DNA of 63,549 bases, filler included, from Moniliella sp. 'wahieum' (taxonomy: Eukaryota): NCBI GenBank assembly GCA_003971905.1. It is 3 parts of 3 records of this genome, joined end to end, with 100 filler letters (N's around TTAATTAATTAA, not from the genome) between each part and the next. Parts side by side here need not be neighbours in the genome. Positions count along the whole stretch, not along the records: positions 21,087 to 43,080 come from RSEE01000188.1; positions 43,181 to 63,549 come from RSEE01000189.1; 1 more part is not named here. The stretch is one strand, 5' to 3'. The first letter of the stretch is position 1. The number at the start of each line of letters is the position of its first letter. A program made the position numbers and the translations under genes. The notes below the pieces were generated by a model, which was given only the letters and a program-made list of their open reading frames with translations, did no database searches and was not told the origin of the DNA. Below, piece after piece: positions 35,616 through 47,495 of the stretch.

Positions 35616-37336
35616 TCGCGTCCCTGTGTTCCCTTGCCCATTCTTCCCCTCTGTTCCCCTCTCCTCTCCTACGTCATGTTACGCCCGCCCTGTCCTGTTC
35701 CCGGCCTGTTGTACCCGGCTCTGCCGGCTCACGTGTGCGTGCCCGCTCCCTCTCTGCTCAGGGGTGGGAGGAAGGACGCCTATGCTACCCATCCGAGCCC
35801 CACGGGCCTCGCCCCCTCCGCAATGCACGTGCGCAAGTTCATACTTGCTATCCAAAAACAGGTGTCGGTCGGACACTCTTCGGGATGGGACACTCGATAG
35901 GCGGGAGGTGGGTGTGCCAGTTGGGTTTGTTGGCGATTGGCCGTGCAAAGGGACAGGCGGGGACGATGGAGGCCGATTCCACTATACTTTGTTTGTCCAT
36001 CCTGGTCCCGCGGGAGCGCAGAGCGGGTACCAATATACCCCAGAGAAGAAGAAAGCGTACGAAAGTGTAGGCTTGCGTAGACTTGTCCACGTCTGTGCGT
36101 GCCTCTGCGCCTCAGCTAATTAGGAACAAGACAAAGACCCTACCACCCTGCCCCCCGCACTTGCCCGCCGACAAGCCGGTGCATGAAAACTGGACAAATG
36201 TCGCTGTGGCGTTCCCAACCGCAGTGGCGGTGCGGCCGCACTGCCTTCAAGCCGCCGTGCAGCCGCCAAGAAGCTTCCCAGTAAGGGGGTGTGGCGCAGC
36301 TGGATGGCGAGGGCAGTCGGCGCCTCCGCCGCTGATCCTGATCGCCCTTTGAGCGAGAGTGGATGGGCGTGACATGTGGTGGCAGCGAGACGGGAGAGAG
36401 GACAGAGCGTCCCTGGACCACGCACTGCAAGCTTAGCGATAACCCCACTCGTCGCAGGGGGCGTGTGGGACCGGGACTGGGAATGGGGTGGGCGTCGCTG
36501 AGTTGAAGCCTGAAATGTGGGCCATCATATTCATATGCCTTGCCGAGAGAGGAGGTTTGGCCCCACAAAACACCGCAAACGCGGGGGGGCGGCAGCGTTG
36601 GACCTACCAGTGCTGGTAAGGTTATATCTGTTTCGTCTGTGCGCAGTATTTCGACTGTGAGCCGGTGGCCATAGATTAATGATTAGTGATTCGGCGGCCC
36701 CACTTGTCCTGTCCGACTCTGGCGACCCTGGCGACCTGGGACCCTATCATAGTAGTAGCGACCGACACGGAGAGACAAAGCCCAGAGGCAGTACTCGTAT
36801 GCGTTACTAAGGACTTCCCCACTGTCGTACTACATACTCCTCCTCGTTGCGCAAAACGTCCGCCGTATTCGCATCGACACTTTGCGTCCAACATGTGCCT
36901 ACATGTGAGTGAGGTGATCGACCGATGATCGCCTCGGTTGGATCCCCACAGAGAGGGGCGAAACCGTGCTCGGGTGTCGCACAAACGACGGTGCTTGCCA
37001 GTATGCAGTATGGATCGGACGTGGGGGTAGTAGTAGTAGTGTAGTAGTAGTCTACCCCAGTCCCAGCACGCTTCTGCGCGCGCTATGTCTACGCCAAATG
37101 CCAAACGCCAAACGCCATACGCAATCATGCATCATACCCCACAGATCCACACTGCCAACGCAGCGGCCGAGAACTGCGCCGCAGCGCATTGTGGGGCCTT
37201 GCTATACTCCTGTTTCCCCACCATCACCAAACCAACTTTTACCTCAGCTGAAGCCCTGTGTTGTGCTAGCGCTGCTTTTGATTTGCCTTTTCTCAACTTC
37301 CCTTCGCCCATCTTTGGCACCGGCACCGGTAACTGT

Positions 37337-37382
<46 letters not shown>
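37337..37382. repeat. (AACGGC)n microsatellite
   Basis: About 7.5 perfect hexamer units. Confidence 0.95.
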
Positions 37383-37392
37383 CAACTCTTCG

Positions 37393-37933
37393 ATGACCAA
37401 ACGTGGGAACGGGAAAAGACTCATCTAAAGAGACCCGTCGACGATATCAAACAAAAAAGCATGGGGTATGTGTGTTCATCTCTCCTCGAGCCTGATGGGT
37501 CTGCGCTTCCCCGCCCCAGTGAGCTGCGATCCAAGGGGAGACCCGCAGATGGGCTGGGGGCTGGAGAGGTGCCTTCTGAAAAGGTGTTGTGGCTGACAAC
37601 GTTGTGGTTGGGATATATTGTGGTTGTGTGTTTATGTGGGGGTATACGGATGTGGACGATGCTGCGACGGCTGGTGTTGGGTATCATACATCATACATCA
37701 TCATCTGTGGGCACAACACACCCGTCGACAGGTACGACTATTGTCCCAAGTGCACCGAATGGGTGCGCAGTTCGCGTGGGTTCTGCACCGTTTGCCATAT
37801 CATGATCACCATCCTCCGCCCAAGTACGCATCCCTCGGCGCCCCCACCTGCCTCGCGTCGTTCACCCTGCGCCGCGGGTGGCGCACATCCCGCTACCGGC
37901 GGGCAGAACAGTGATGGTTGGGATGAAGTGTGA
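37393..37933 (+). CDS. Hypothetical small protein with Cys-rich zinc-ribbon-like motif
   Basis: CGH-x9-CPKC-x10-CTVC in ORF 37589-37933; intron-like GTATGT..CTGAT..CAG near 37466-37519; start and exon structure uncertain. Confidence 0.25.
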
Positions 37934-38963
37934 AGCGTGAAGATTCAGGTCAAGCGCCACTTGGCAATTGAATTGACGGTTGCCCGGCGGTGCGGGCAGC
38001 TGTTGTCTTGACAGCGATGTGCAAAATGGCATGAAACCGAAGACTAGAACCGGCTACAAGGCCCTATTCGCCGGTGCCCTCGATTAGATCTCTTCCGATC
38101 TAACCGGGCTAACATGTAACACCTCCTATGGAAAGTGGATTGGCGGGGCAGTAACACTAGATTTTAATGCTTGGCTGAGGAACCCGGCACGTGGTTATAG
38201 CAAGAGTGATGCATGATGTGGGGCCGTCGTGTTGCTCGTGTGGGCTGCGCCATGTGCACGTGTGGCTGCCACCTGCCACCGCGAGCATTGTTACTAGGCC
38301 CCTCCAAAACAGAACGATATGTAACACAAAGAAGGAGAGCGGATAGCGGGGGGGAGTGGGTCAAACTCTTAACGCGTTTCGAAATAGTTGTGGTTGTCAG
38401 AGGTTGAAACGCCGGGGATCCCCTCTCTCAGTTCTGGACAAGATTGTACGCTTCCGCTACTCAAAAATGCACCAGATGCAGACGGGACGCATGTGATGCA
38501 TCGCCCATCTCTTTCCTTGTCCGCTTCTCCCGCTTGAGGTCTGCTACACCAGTTGGAGTATGACTAAAAAAGGCGAAAAAGCACGTACAAGTGCTGTTAG
38601 TGGGATCTCGTTTTACGTATTCGCCCCCTCTTTTCTGCTCAGACGCACCCACTGCTGTTGCGGCGCTCACTCCTCGGGTTATACGAAACTGCACCGATAT
38701 ATCCCTGTGCTCATAGAACCAGTGCCTCTCCCCCTTGTTATTAAGAAACATATATAGATCTTCTTCTCCTTTCAGTTCCCCTCCCATCTCAGCCTGTATG
38801 ATCTCCAGGAGTCGGTACATCTGCTTCGTAGTGCCCCTTCCAAATGCTGGTATGTTCGTTTTGGTCGTGTTGTAGGATCACATTCACCGTAGTCCCACAA
38901 ACGGCCCGAGGTCTCAAGGCAGATGACGGTCTCGCATTCCAAGGTGGCGCCCGGCCTGGCACC

Positions 38964-39065
38964 GGTCGATTAGCTCAGTTGGTCAGAGCGTGGTACTAAT
39001 ATGTCGGTGCTTCGGTGCCGAGTGTTGGTGATGCCAGGTCATGAGTTCAAGCCTCATATTGACCA
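38964..39065 (+). tRNA. tRNA-Ile(AAU) with 29-nt intron (39002-39030)
   Basis: Acceptor stem GGTCGAT/ATTGACC + A; D-arm GCTC..GAGC; anticodon stem TGGTA/TGCCA, AAT at 38998-39000; T-arm ATGAG-TTCAAGC-CTCAT; T-rich Pol III terminator downstream. Confidence 0.95.
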
Positions 39066-40256
39066 ACCTTTCTTTTCTTTGAGGAACCCGCGCCCTAATG
39101 CCTAACCCCCCCTTGTGTCCGGTATATATCCTACCTTCTTTTCCTCCGTTTTCACCAAAATTCCCTCTGACGGGTTGTCTTGCTGCACCGCTCGCGTCCC
39201 AAACGACTCACGGGTAACAACATTCCTCTGCGGCTGGTGCAACATTTTAGTCGAACGGTAAAGAGAAGCACAACCAATCCTATACCGATCCAGCCGGGCT
39301 ACCACTGCAGTTGTTCCTTCCCCCTACCTTACATCCCGCTTCTTCCATCGGATCGACCTAGACCAAGGAAATGCATGTCCCGCCAGAATTTACGGCCTGG
39401 TGCGTCCGTACTATGGAGTCAGAGAGGGGAGAGACGTACCGAGACAGGGAACCCCTATAAGCGTAGGAGCGTAGAGTAGATCGGAGGAGACAGGGGAGGA
39501 CATGTGGACATATGGAGCTATGCATATGCGTATGTGTTTGGGAGTGTGTGAGGAGTGAGGAGTGAGGGGTAGGGGGGGCCAACTTCGAACGAGAGAACGT
39601 ACGGGGCCCACCGGGTGGCAGCCTAGGCAATCAATCCGAGACTCCGATTCCGATTCCGGTTCCGGGTCCAACTGTGGTTCCGATCGGGATCAGACGCGCG
39701 AACCCCCAGAGGAGGCAACAGATACCAGGCACCAGGCACAGGCAAAAGGGAGGCGGGAAGAGAGAGTGAGACAAGAACAAAAAGAGAAAGAGAAAGAGAA
39801 AGGGGAAGAGACAGAGCAGAGTCGGAGGGGGGCGAGAGCGAGGCAGGACATAGCGCTAATGGCTAGGGACCCAGGGCTAACGGGTAAAGGTTAACGGTTA
39901 AAGGACCAGGGGGAGAAAGAGAGAAGGGCCAAACTGAGCAGATGCGCAGGGACAGATCGGGGAGAGGATGCAGTGGGGTGCAGTGGGGTGCAGTGGGGCA
40001 CATTGGAGTGGAGTTAGTGCAGTGTAGTGCAGAGCGGAGGCGAAGGGCGCAACAGGGTGCAACAGGGCGCAAAAGGGTTAGGCTGAGGGGGGGGGGAGGC
40101 GTCCAGGGTACGGCTGGAAAGAGTGTTATTTGTGTTGGTGTTGCGTGATGTATGGCGGAGGGTGAACGGTGAACGTACGATGGGCAAGGGGATGATGCGG
40201 CGTGGAACGAGGAGGGGAAAGGACCAGGCGTTGGTTACCGGTTAGGCGAAACGCGT

Positions 40257-43080
40257 CTACGACCGAAGGCGTGCCAGCGCCAAAGCTTGTAGAAACGTGG
40301 GCCAATCCATGCCGGGCGGCAACGCGGCGGGGGGGTACGTAGGTGTCGGCCCCATTCCCATCCCCATTCCTCCCATTCCCATGCCCACTCCTCCCATGCC
40401 CATGCCCTGTCCCGGTGCCATGCCCATGCCCATCGGCACGCCCGGAGGCGGAGGCTGTGCCGGCCCAGGCGACGGCGACCCACGCTGCGCCTCGTCCCAA
40501 GCCGATTGGGGCGGGGAAGCGCAACGGGCGCAAGGTAAGGCGAAGCGTACTCGAACCCAGTGCCATACATGCCTGCCGCACCAACTCCAACCCCAACGCC
40601 CATACCCACGCCCATACCATGCCACCCCCATGGCCGACATAGCATGCGTCATAGCAGGTGTCAACGCAGGTGTCAAGGCAGGGGACAAGTTGCCCGGCGC
40701 CGGCGCCGGCGCAGCGAGGTGGTGGCCCGTAGCCGTCCGTGTCGATGTCGCTGCTGCAGCGAACGGGAGTACCATCCCACTGCGGACGAGTGGGGCGAAG
40801 GCATGAGTGGTGAGCGACGGTGGGGCGACGTCCCGCGCGCAGTAGAGTACCCGCACCCGGTACGCCCAGCGTACTGGCACTGCCATTCGGATTGGCATTC
40901 GAGGGGGGATTGTTCGAGTGCGGGGTAGAGTGCGAGTGGGTACTTGAGGCTGGAACGTGCGTGCGGGGGAGGCAAACGACCTGCGTCCGTCCTCCCATCA
41001 CGGAAGGTAGATCCACGGTGCGCCTCGCGGCGTCGGGCGCGCGAGGCGGGGCAAAAGGCGAGCTGGTCGGGCGGCAAGTAAGTGCGGGGGCAGCGTATCG
41101 CTCGACCCCGTCCAAGACGGCCTGGGCGGCTTCGAGCAGTGGCGCAAGTGACGAAACGGAGGACGCGGACCCGGACACCGAAGAAGTTGGGCCTGCAGTA
41201 GAGCTTGAGTTGGAGGTGGATGTGGATGTGGAGGCGGAGGTGGGGACCGCTAAGACCACTGATGCCGCGCGCGTGGCTGCTTACCAGCCGCTCGACCGAC
41301 GCTCGTAGTGACGGTTGCGAAGCGAGTTGGGCACGCTCAATGTGATCATTTCTGTGGTCCAGCGTGGTCGGGCGGTATAAAAGGGAAACAGGGCACAGGG
41401 TGCGAAGGGTGCGTTCGGGGGGTAGAAGGACAGAAGGGTCAGCAGAAGAATGGGGATACTTGGGGGGGGGGGGGGGGGGGGGACGTACGGTGCACAGCGG
41501 TGGTGAGGAGAGTGGCCTGGTCAGCAGCGAGGCGGGAGGGCAAGAGGCAGAGCATGCTGGTGATGTACTCGATGGGCAAGACGGGATCTTTGAGTTGCTG
41601 GGACGAGTACCGTGCGAGGTGGAGGAGGTGGTCGAGGTGCTTAGCTGTGAACAGCGCGAGGTACATGTCGTGTCTAGTGCTGGGTGAGCGCCGAGCGCCA
41701 ACGTCCCACTCGCAATCGCGTTCGCGTTCCCATTCGCGTTTGTAGAGGAAGGCGCGTGAGGGTGGGGGAAGGTAGAGGACGGAAGGGGGAGGAGGCGGTG
41801 GAAGTGGAGCACGGGGGCACGCGAGCGGGGAAAATCTCATTGAGCAAGTCTGGTACTTGGAGTGGATCAAGCTAACGGGCCTCCCGCAGAGACGAGAATT
41901 GTTACGGTGACGAATCAAGCGCATCGCCGCGCGCCGCGTAGCAATTCAATGAAACACGCATGATCGTCTTACCATTCGCCACATCGATCGGGATATGGAT
42001 CGGCTGCACCACCACGGACGCCGGCGGAAGCACAGCCAGCGACTCAGGAATCCACGCTAGCACACTCGCTATCGTCGTCGTCCAGGGAATGTTTGTCTAC
42101 CCGCACCACGCTCAGCGTGGCCAAGGAACAAGTCTGTTGCTGGTACTGTTGCTGCTGGTGGTGTTGTTGCTGCTGATGTTCGTCGTCGAGTGCGTCGGGT
42201 CCTGTGCCGCCACCGCCAGGCCACAGACGCGGCGACGACGACCGCGATCCGTCAGACACCATGCGAAACTAACTGCATCTCGCACACTAGCGACTCAATG
42301 TCCTTGACGTTGTACTGCGACGCGAGCGTCGCTGCGTCGGGGGTCGTGCCGTCGCTGGTGCGGGGCGTATGGAGGTGGTGGTAAGTGTTCCGCCGTTACT
42401 GACCAGGCGAGCGCTGCCCGAATCGTGCGACACGCTGAGGGACGCATCGGGCGAAAGAGTAAGGAGGATTTAGATTCGTCCGTGGACCGGTCGTCCGAGG
42501 GTGTGTGGACGTGTCGTTGCGCCAAGGCCGTTGCGTGTGAAGCCACCGAGGGGGGCAAAGACGAAGAAGGTCACAGGTACGGGCAAGGCCGAAGAAGAAG
42601 AAGGCGCAGTAGTAGTACTGTGGCCAAAGTATGCGCCCAGCTGGACAAGCTAAGTCCTTCTTTATCAATCCCAATATTCCACGTGCGCGCCGCAGGCCGA
42701 ACAGGCATGGGGACGCGGTTGGCGACGTCGACACTTGGTTCAACCCGGCCGACATGCAAAAGGAACAAGCGCGGTGCTCACACGGGTACAGGATCGTCAG
42801 CAACGACGTTTTCCCCACACAACTCGCATTCGTTCCGGCCCGCCGGTCGGGAGGGTGCGTCGGGCCCGCCAGCCGAGGCGCTGAGGCCGAAGCAGGTGCG
42901 CGTGTGCGTGCGGGGGCGGGGCCAGCCCAGCCCCAGCGGGCAGCGGCAACAGTTGCAACAGCAGACGCAGATGCAGGAACAGAAGTGGGAACGGAAGCGG
43001 GGATGGGATGAGGGCTAGGGCCCGAGGTGGGGCCAACAGGAGCAGCAGCAGGGTGAGGGGAGCGGGAGAGCGGGGTAGGA
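40257..43080 (-). CDS. C3HC4 RING finger + fungal-type RRM protein, 5'-truncated by the gap, frameshifted
   Basis: RING rebuilt across two indels at 42828-42692: CELC-x11-CEHRACSFC-x17-CSAC. RRM at about 42110-41860: VVRVDNIPW...IHIPIDVANGKT.NACFIEL...AAMRLIRHRNNSRLCGRPVSLIHS. Intron 41488-41352; Gly/Met-rich tail ending GMDWPTFLQALALARLRS*. Confidence 0.7.
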
Positions 43081-43180
43081 NNNNNNNNNNNNNNNNNNNN
43101 NNNNNNNNNNNNNNNNNNNNNNNNTTAATTAATTAANNNNNNNNNNNNNNNNNNNNNNNNNNNNNNNNNNNNNNNNNNNN
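43081..43180. other. Artificial contig-joining spacer (N44-TTAATTAATTAA-N44)
   Basis: Identical in structure to 20987-21086. Confidence 0.97.
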
Positions 43181-43206
43181 AACCCTAACCCTAACCCTAA
43201 CCCTAA
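43181..43206. repeat. Telomeric repeat (CCCTAA)n at contig start (chromosome end)
   Basis: AA(CCCTAA)4 directly at the contig 5' end, in left-telomere orientation. Confidence 0.85.
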
Positions 43207-44820
43207 GCGCGGCAGAACGAGTCCGGGGCCCAAATGGCCGCCAGCGGGTGCCTCCCACACTTTGGCAAAGAAAAAGGATGCGGGTCAGCTGAGACTGGCT
43301 TGCCCGCCCGCCAGAGAAGGTTTTCTGAAAGGGAAAACAAGCTCTGCAGCAGCTTCATCGCTTCGTCCGCCCCACGGGACTAGGCTGCAGATTTTTTGCG
43401 GGGCGTTCTGAACTGCGTGCGCCACGCCGTCTTGGACTGTTCAAGTTTAGTGCCAGTCGTAGGCTAAGGTGGGGAAGGTATCCGGCGTGCCGCATCCCTG
43501 GTCATCAGCGGTAACTGTATCCCAGCCGGATTGATGCCTCGGTCAAGTGTATGGCTGAGCAAGCCGAAGCAGAGCCGTCTGAAGATGCCTTGGGCGCAGA
43601 AGCCCTTCTGGCCAATGTGCCCAAGGAAGGACTTGGGTGTTGCTACTATGTCGGTGAGCCTATCCAACTCGGTCTGTGCTGGCCTCTTTTTGCTCTGAAG
43701 ATTGGTGTGCGTCGGCGGCTCGCGGCATCAGCCTCGCCATCAGGACTCCATGGAGAACATAACATGGGCCATCAGGTCTCCATGGAGAGCATGCCATGGC
43801 CCGCAAATGGTGAGGCTGATCGGAGATCGTTGTCCTCATCACGCTGCCGATTCTAGGGGCCGAGGGAAGAGGAGCGGGCAGCATAGTGGAGCGGGCGCCA
43901 AGACCTGGTGGGCTGGACTGGCCACAGAGGCGCAGCATATGCTCATCGTCCCGTTCTTTCTGATGGCGTTCGTCGTGGGGCGTGCTTGTCTGGATATTGA
44001 CTCTGATTTGCGACGGATGTTACCGCGCTCACAGATTCCTGTGTTTTTCTCCGTATGTTCATCATCCCAAGCGACCAGTCGAAGCGTAATGCATGAAAAT
44101 CACACCCTACAAGACGGCTTGACCTCTGGACCCTGCCTAAGAGCCAGGGGGGCGAGTTAATCGTGGAAGGTAGGATGGCTATCCAACTGACAGCGATTGA
44201 TGCTTAGCGCGTAGCGCCGACCAGACGCCTGCGGTTATTCATTCTCACCCCGGGCGAGCATACACTTGTCGCTGCCCACCGGCTGCCCGCAGTCTCAGGG
44301 TGTGGCGGCGTAGTGACTAGTGATGGGACATGTGTCATCGATGCAGTTGATGACGCAACACACACAGTCGACCGTGCAATAGCGAGCAAGTCGGTGCGGG
44401 TCGGTTGGTGCCTGGCAAGCGTCGCACACTGGCCCGTGGCCTCCTGTGGGGGGAGGCGAACCTGCCTCGGATACTGGCCAAGGCAAAGACAACTCCTCAT
44501 GTATACCACCCCACACGAGAGAAGAGCACAAGACACGCGTCGCAGTTTCAACGTTCAACGTACGTACGTACGTTCAACCATCGATCACTGATTAATGATC
44601 GACGACCATACTCTGTATCTATGCGGTGCAACTCTCAGTATACAGGTACGTACTGGGAACCGCTAAGCCACCGAAAAAGCGGAGGGCGTACGCATACTTC
44701 GGCCGAATTTGGAGTCACCACACCTCTCCCGCACGTTTCCCACAACCTGCCATAGGACACTTAAAAAGGCAGATGATTCCATCCCCCTCCACCCTTCCTT
44801 GCTCTTCACCATCACCTACC

Positions 44821-45615
44821 ATGACTCGGTTTCCTCTCTTGGTCCTCGCAACTCTCCTCACATGTCTGCCCACGCGTTCGGCTTGGGCCCTACCGACAAA
44901 GGCAGCTTCAGCATTGTCCCACCAAACATATCCGTACCCTGGTTTCATCTACCAGGCCAGTCGGAGTTGCACCTCAACTTTGCCAACTCGAACGTGTCTG
45001 CGGTCGTTGAACAACCCGGCCAGCTTCTCACACCCAATCGTAAGTCCTTGTCCCCCAATGGAGAAAGGAGACCGATGAGTATCGGGTAATAGAGGATGAG
45101 ACGTGAAAGGCGAGAAGGGATGTCTGATATTCTTATTCCCCCGACTGGCACAGAAACCACGGCTCTCCCGCAAATGGGTGTCAACCCGCTGTTTGCCCTC
45201 GCGCACGGGACGGAGGACAAGTATATCTTCTTTATGTTGATCCGTCGATCTACGGGACGAACGGGTCTGAAGTTGCCCTGCACACACTTGTGGCCAATTT
45301 GACCATTGCCTACCCCCTCTGGAGGGCTGGTTGACCAACTTGACCTACACCTCCGGCGATGTTCTGGCTCCTTACATCATCCCCACACCGTACGAGGGCG
45401 CCGACGTCCACAGCTATACCCAACTACTGTTTGCCCAACCTCTGGGATGGACCCTTCCGTCCAAATATGACTACCTTCTCCCTTATAACCCGGCAAACCT
45501 AACGAACCGTCTCGGTCTTGACCTAGCCGAGTTTGTCCAAGGAGCAGGCCTGGGCGAGCCGTTAGCGGCAACGTACTACAACATGTCCAAGATCCCCGAG
45601 CCCGCGTCGAGTTGA
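44821..45615 (+). CDS. Secreted PEBP (phosphatidylethanolamine-binding protein) family protein, frameshifted
   Basis: Signal peptide MTRFPLLVLATLLTCLPTRSAWA; PGQLL; intron 45040-45153 (GTAAGT..CTGAT..CAG); KYIFFML(D)P; LAPYIIPTPYEGADVHSYTQLLFAQP; NRLGLDLAEFVQGAGLGEPLAATYY. Confidence 0.85.
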
Positions 45616-47495
45616 CACATTCTCTCTCTTTCCGTGTGCATGAAGCGAAGTGCATGTTCCGAGCTCCGTCTGATTTGATCAGATTCGATCGTATGCGAAC
45701 TCAGCTCAGGCTCGTCGGCTCTACCCAACACTCGACCTGCTCCCAAATCCAATACAGTCCGATCAAGTGAATCGGTAGCTACCGCGTGGTTATCGAGTTG
45801 TCAGTATCCTTGCGATATTAGTCGACCCATGCCCATTTATCTTACATTTCTATGTTGTGCCTGCGGCAACCTTCCCCCTGCTTCTTTGCTCCCCGTTCTA
45901 CCTCTGTTCGTTAGCCTTTTGATCTAGCCTGTCCCCATGGTCGGTGGGGGATCTTTCCCCATCCCCCGTCCTCGTCCCTCCAGACCTATCCTGTTCACCA
46001 CCTGCCCGTTTCCCATGAATTGATTCTGTGCGGGCAACTTCTGCTCGTAGTTATTCCTCCGCCCCTCGTCCTTGTTTTCCAGCTCCCGTAGCTTGCTTTC
46101 AGCCGTTCATCCAAACAGGTCGCGTGTGCCCTCGTGCCACGTGTGAAAAGCCGCGTGGGTCCTCCATCCAGCCAAACCACCTTTTCAGTAAGAGTTCAGC
46201 TCCAGCTCTGACATTGTTCGTCCTCCGCTGCCCCTTCCCGTCCCTGAGTCTCGAAGGCTCCAGACACATTACTACCGTCCAAGCTGATGTAATGTAGCCA
46301 TGTCACATCTGCAGCACCTCTTCTGTGCGCCGAGAGGTCACTTCTTGTCCCTAACCCCGCTCGGACACACCGATCAGCCCAAGCGCGTAACTCCCGTGAG
46401 TTGACCTAAGGATCTCCAAGGGATCGTACCTCTGACCTTCCCCCCCCCCGGGCGTCCCACCTGGCGGTGCCTGCCCCTGACAGTGTCATATAATACGTGT
46501 ATGCAGCAGATAAGGGCATTTTGAATCCAACGTAAAAGTTCAGCTGACAGGGGAGTTACTCTCTGTGCTCACCTGGCAGTCCTTTCCACGTTTGCCACTA
46601 GTCGCCTTGCTTCAATTGTGTCCTCCCATTCCTGGAATTTGATTACAACCATCCCTATGCCCACGCAGTTGTAGATCTGATCAGTCTCATCTCGAGACTC
46701 TCATCAGTTCGCGACCGCGATGTGTGGCCTGTATTATACTGCTAGTCTATCTTCAGATATCAAGACATATCGGTGGAAGAATGAATCGATAGTGGCAATG
46801 GCGCGAAAAGGGAAGAAAGGTGTGTCTACAGCCAGCTGCCAGGTTCGTAAACAATGATTGTTTTTGGATCGATGGTATAATAGTCTGACGAGTGCATATA
46901 TCTGCTGTAATTACCCCATTGCCAACTAGTGATGCGCATCATGCATGCATCATGCACATCATGGCCAAATCCTTCATCACATTAATCACGCTGCTTCACG
47001 CATGATGTCATGCGTCGACAGCGGGCGAGATCTCGGAGCGGCTCACAGCCTCTTTTATGCCCCCACCGACGCCGTCAGCAAGGCGCTGAGAGCTGCCAGT
47101 GCGCCCTACACGCTTCGCCTCCACTTCATTCATCATCGACATGCCACTGATATCTCTGTGACAGGCCACCTGCCCGGCCAGGTATACTCCTGCCCCAAGC
47201 CGACGGATGCTGCGCCCGCGCGCGCTTGCTGCCACAACATCCCAGGCAGCATGGGGGTAGTCAGACACGACGCGCGAGTGTGATCGAGTGATCTCCGCAT
47301 CTATATCATGTCGCTTTTCCCCCGCCGTGTTCATCAGCCGGTAAGCGTTTAAATACCCTGATCCTGCTTCAATCGCCATGCTGGCCAACTCCCATACAGA
47401 CGTCCGGCCATCCCTCCCCTCCCTCAGTCCGAGGAGTGTTTGGCCTGTATACGCCTCCACGGCGAACGTATCGCCCTCCCCTACAATAGGACACG

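Noticed and set aside
35616..36123. 348-aa C-terminally extended RPS23 in the ORF track
   Set aside because: Artefact of reading through the 109-nt intron and indels; the true stop is 35613-35615.
38461..38820. 119-aa minus-strand ORF (MYRLLEIIQAEMGG..) beside the tRNA
   Set aside because: Protein-like composition but no identifiable family, start or element boundaries.
43207..44800. Telomere-linked helicase or retroelement in the subtelomere
   Set aside because: No Walker A/DEAH, RT or integrase motifs in the short ORFs there.
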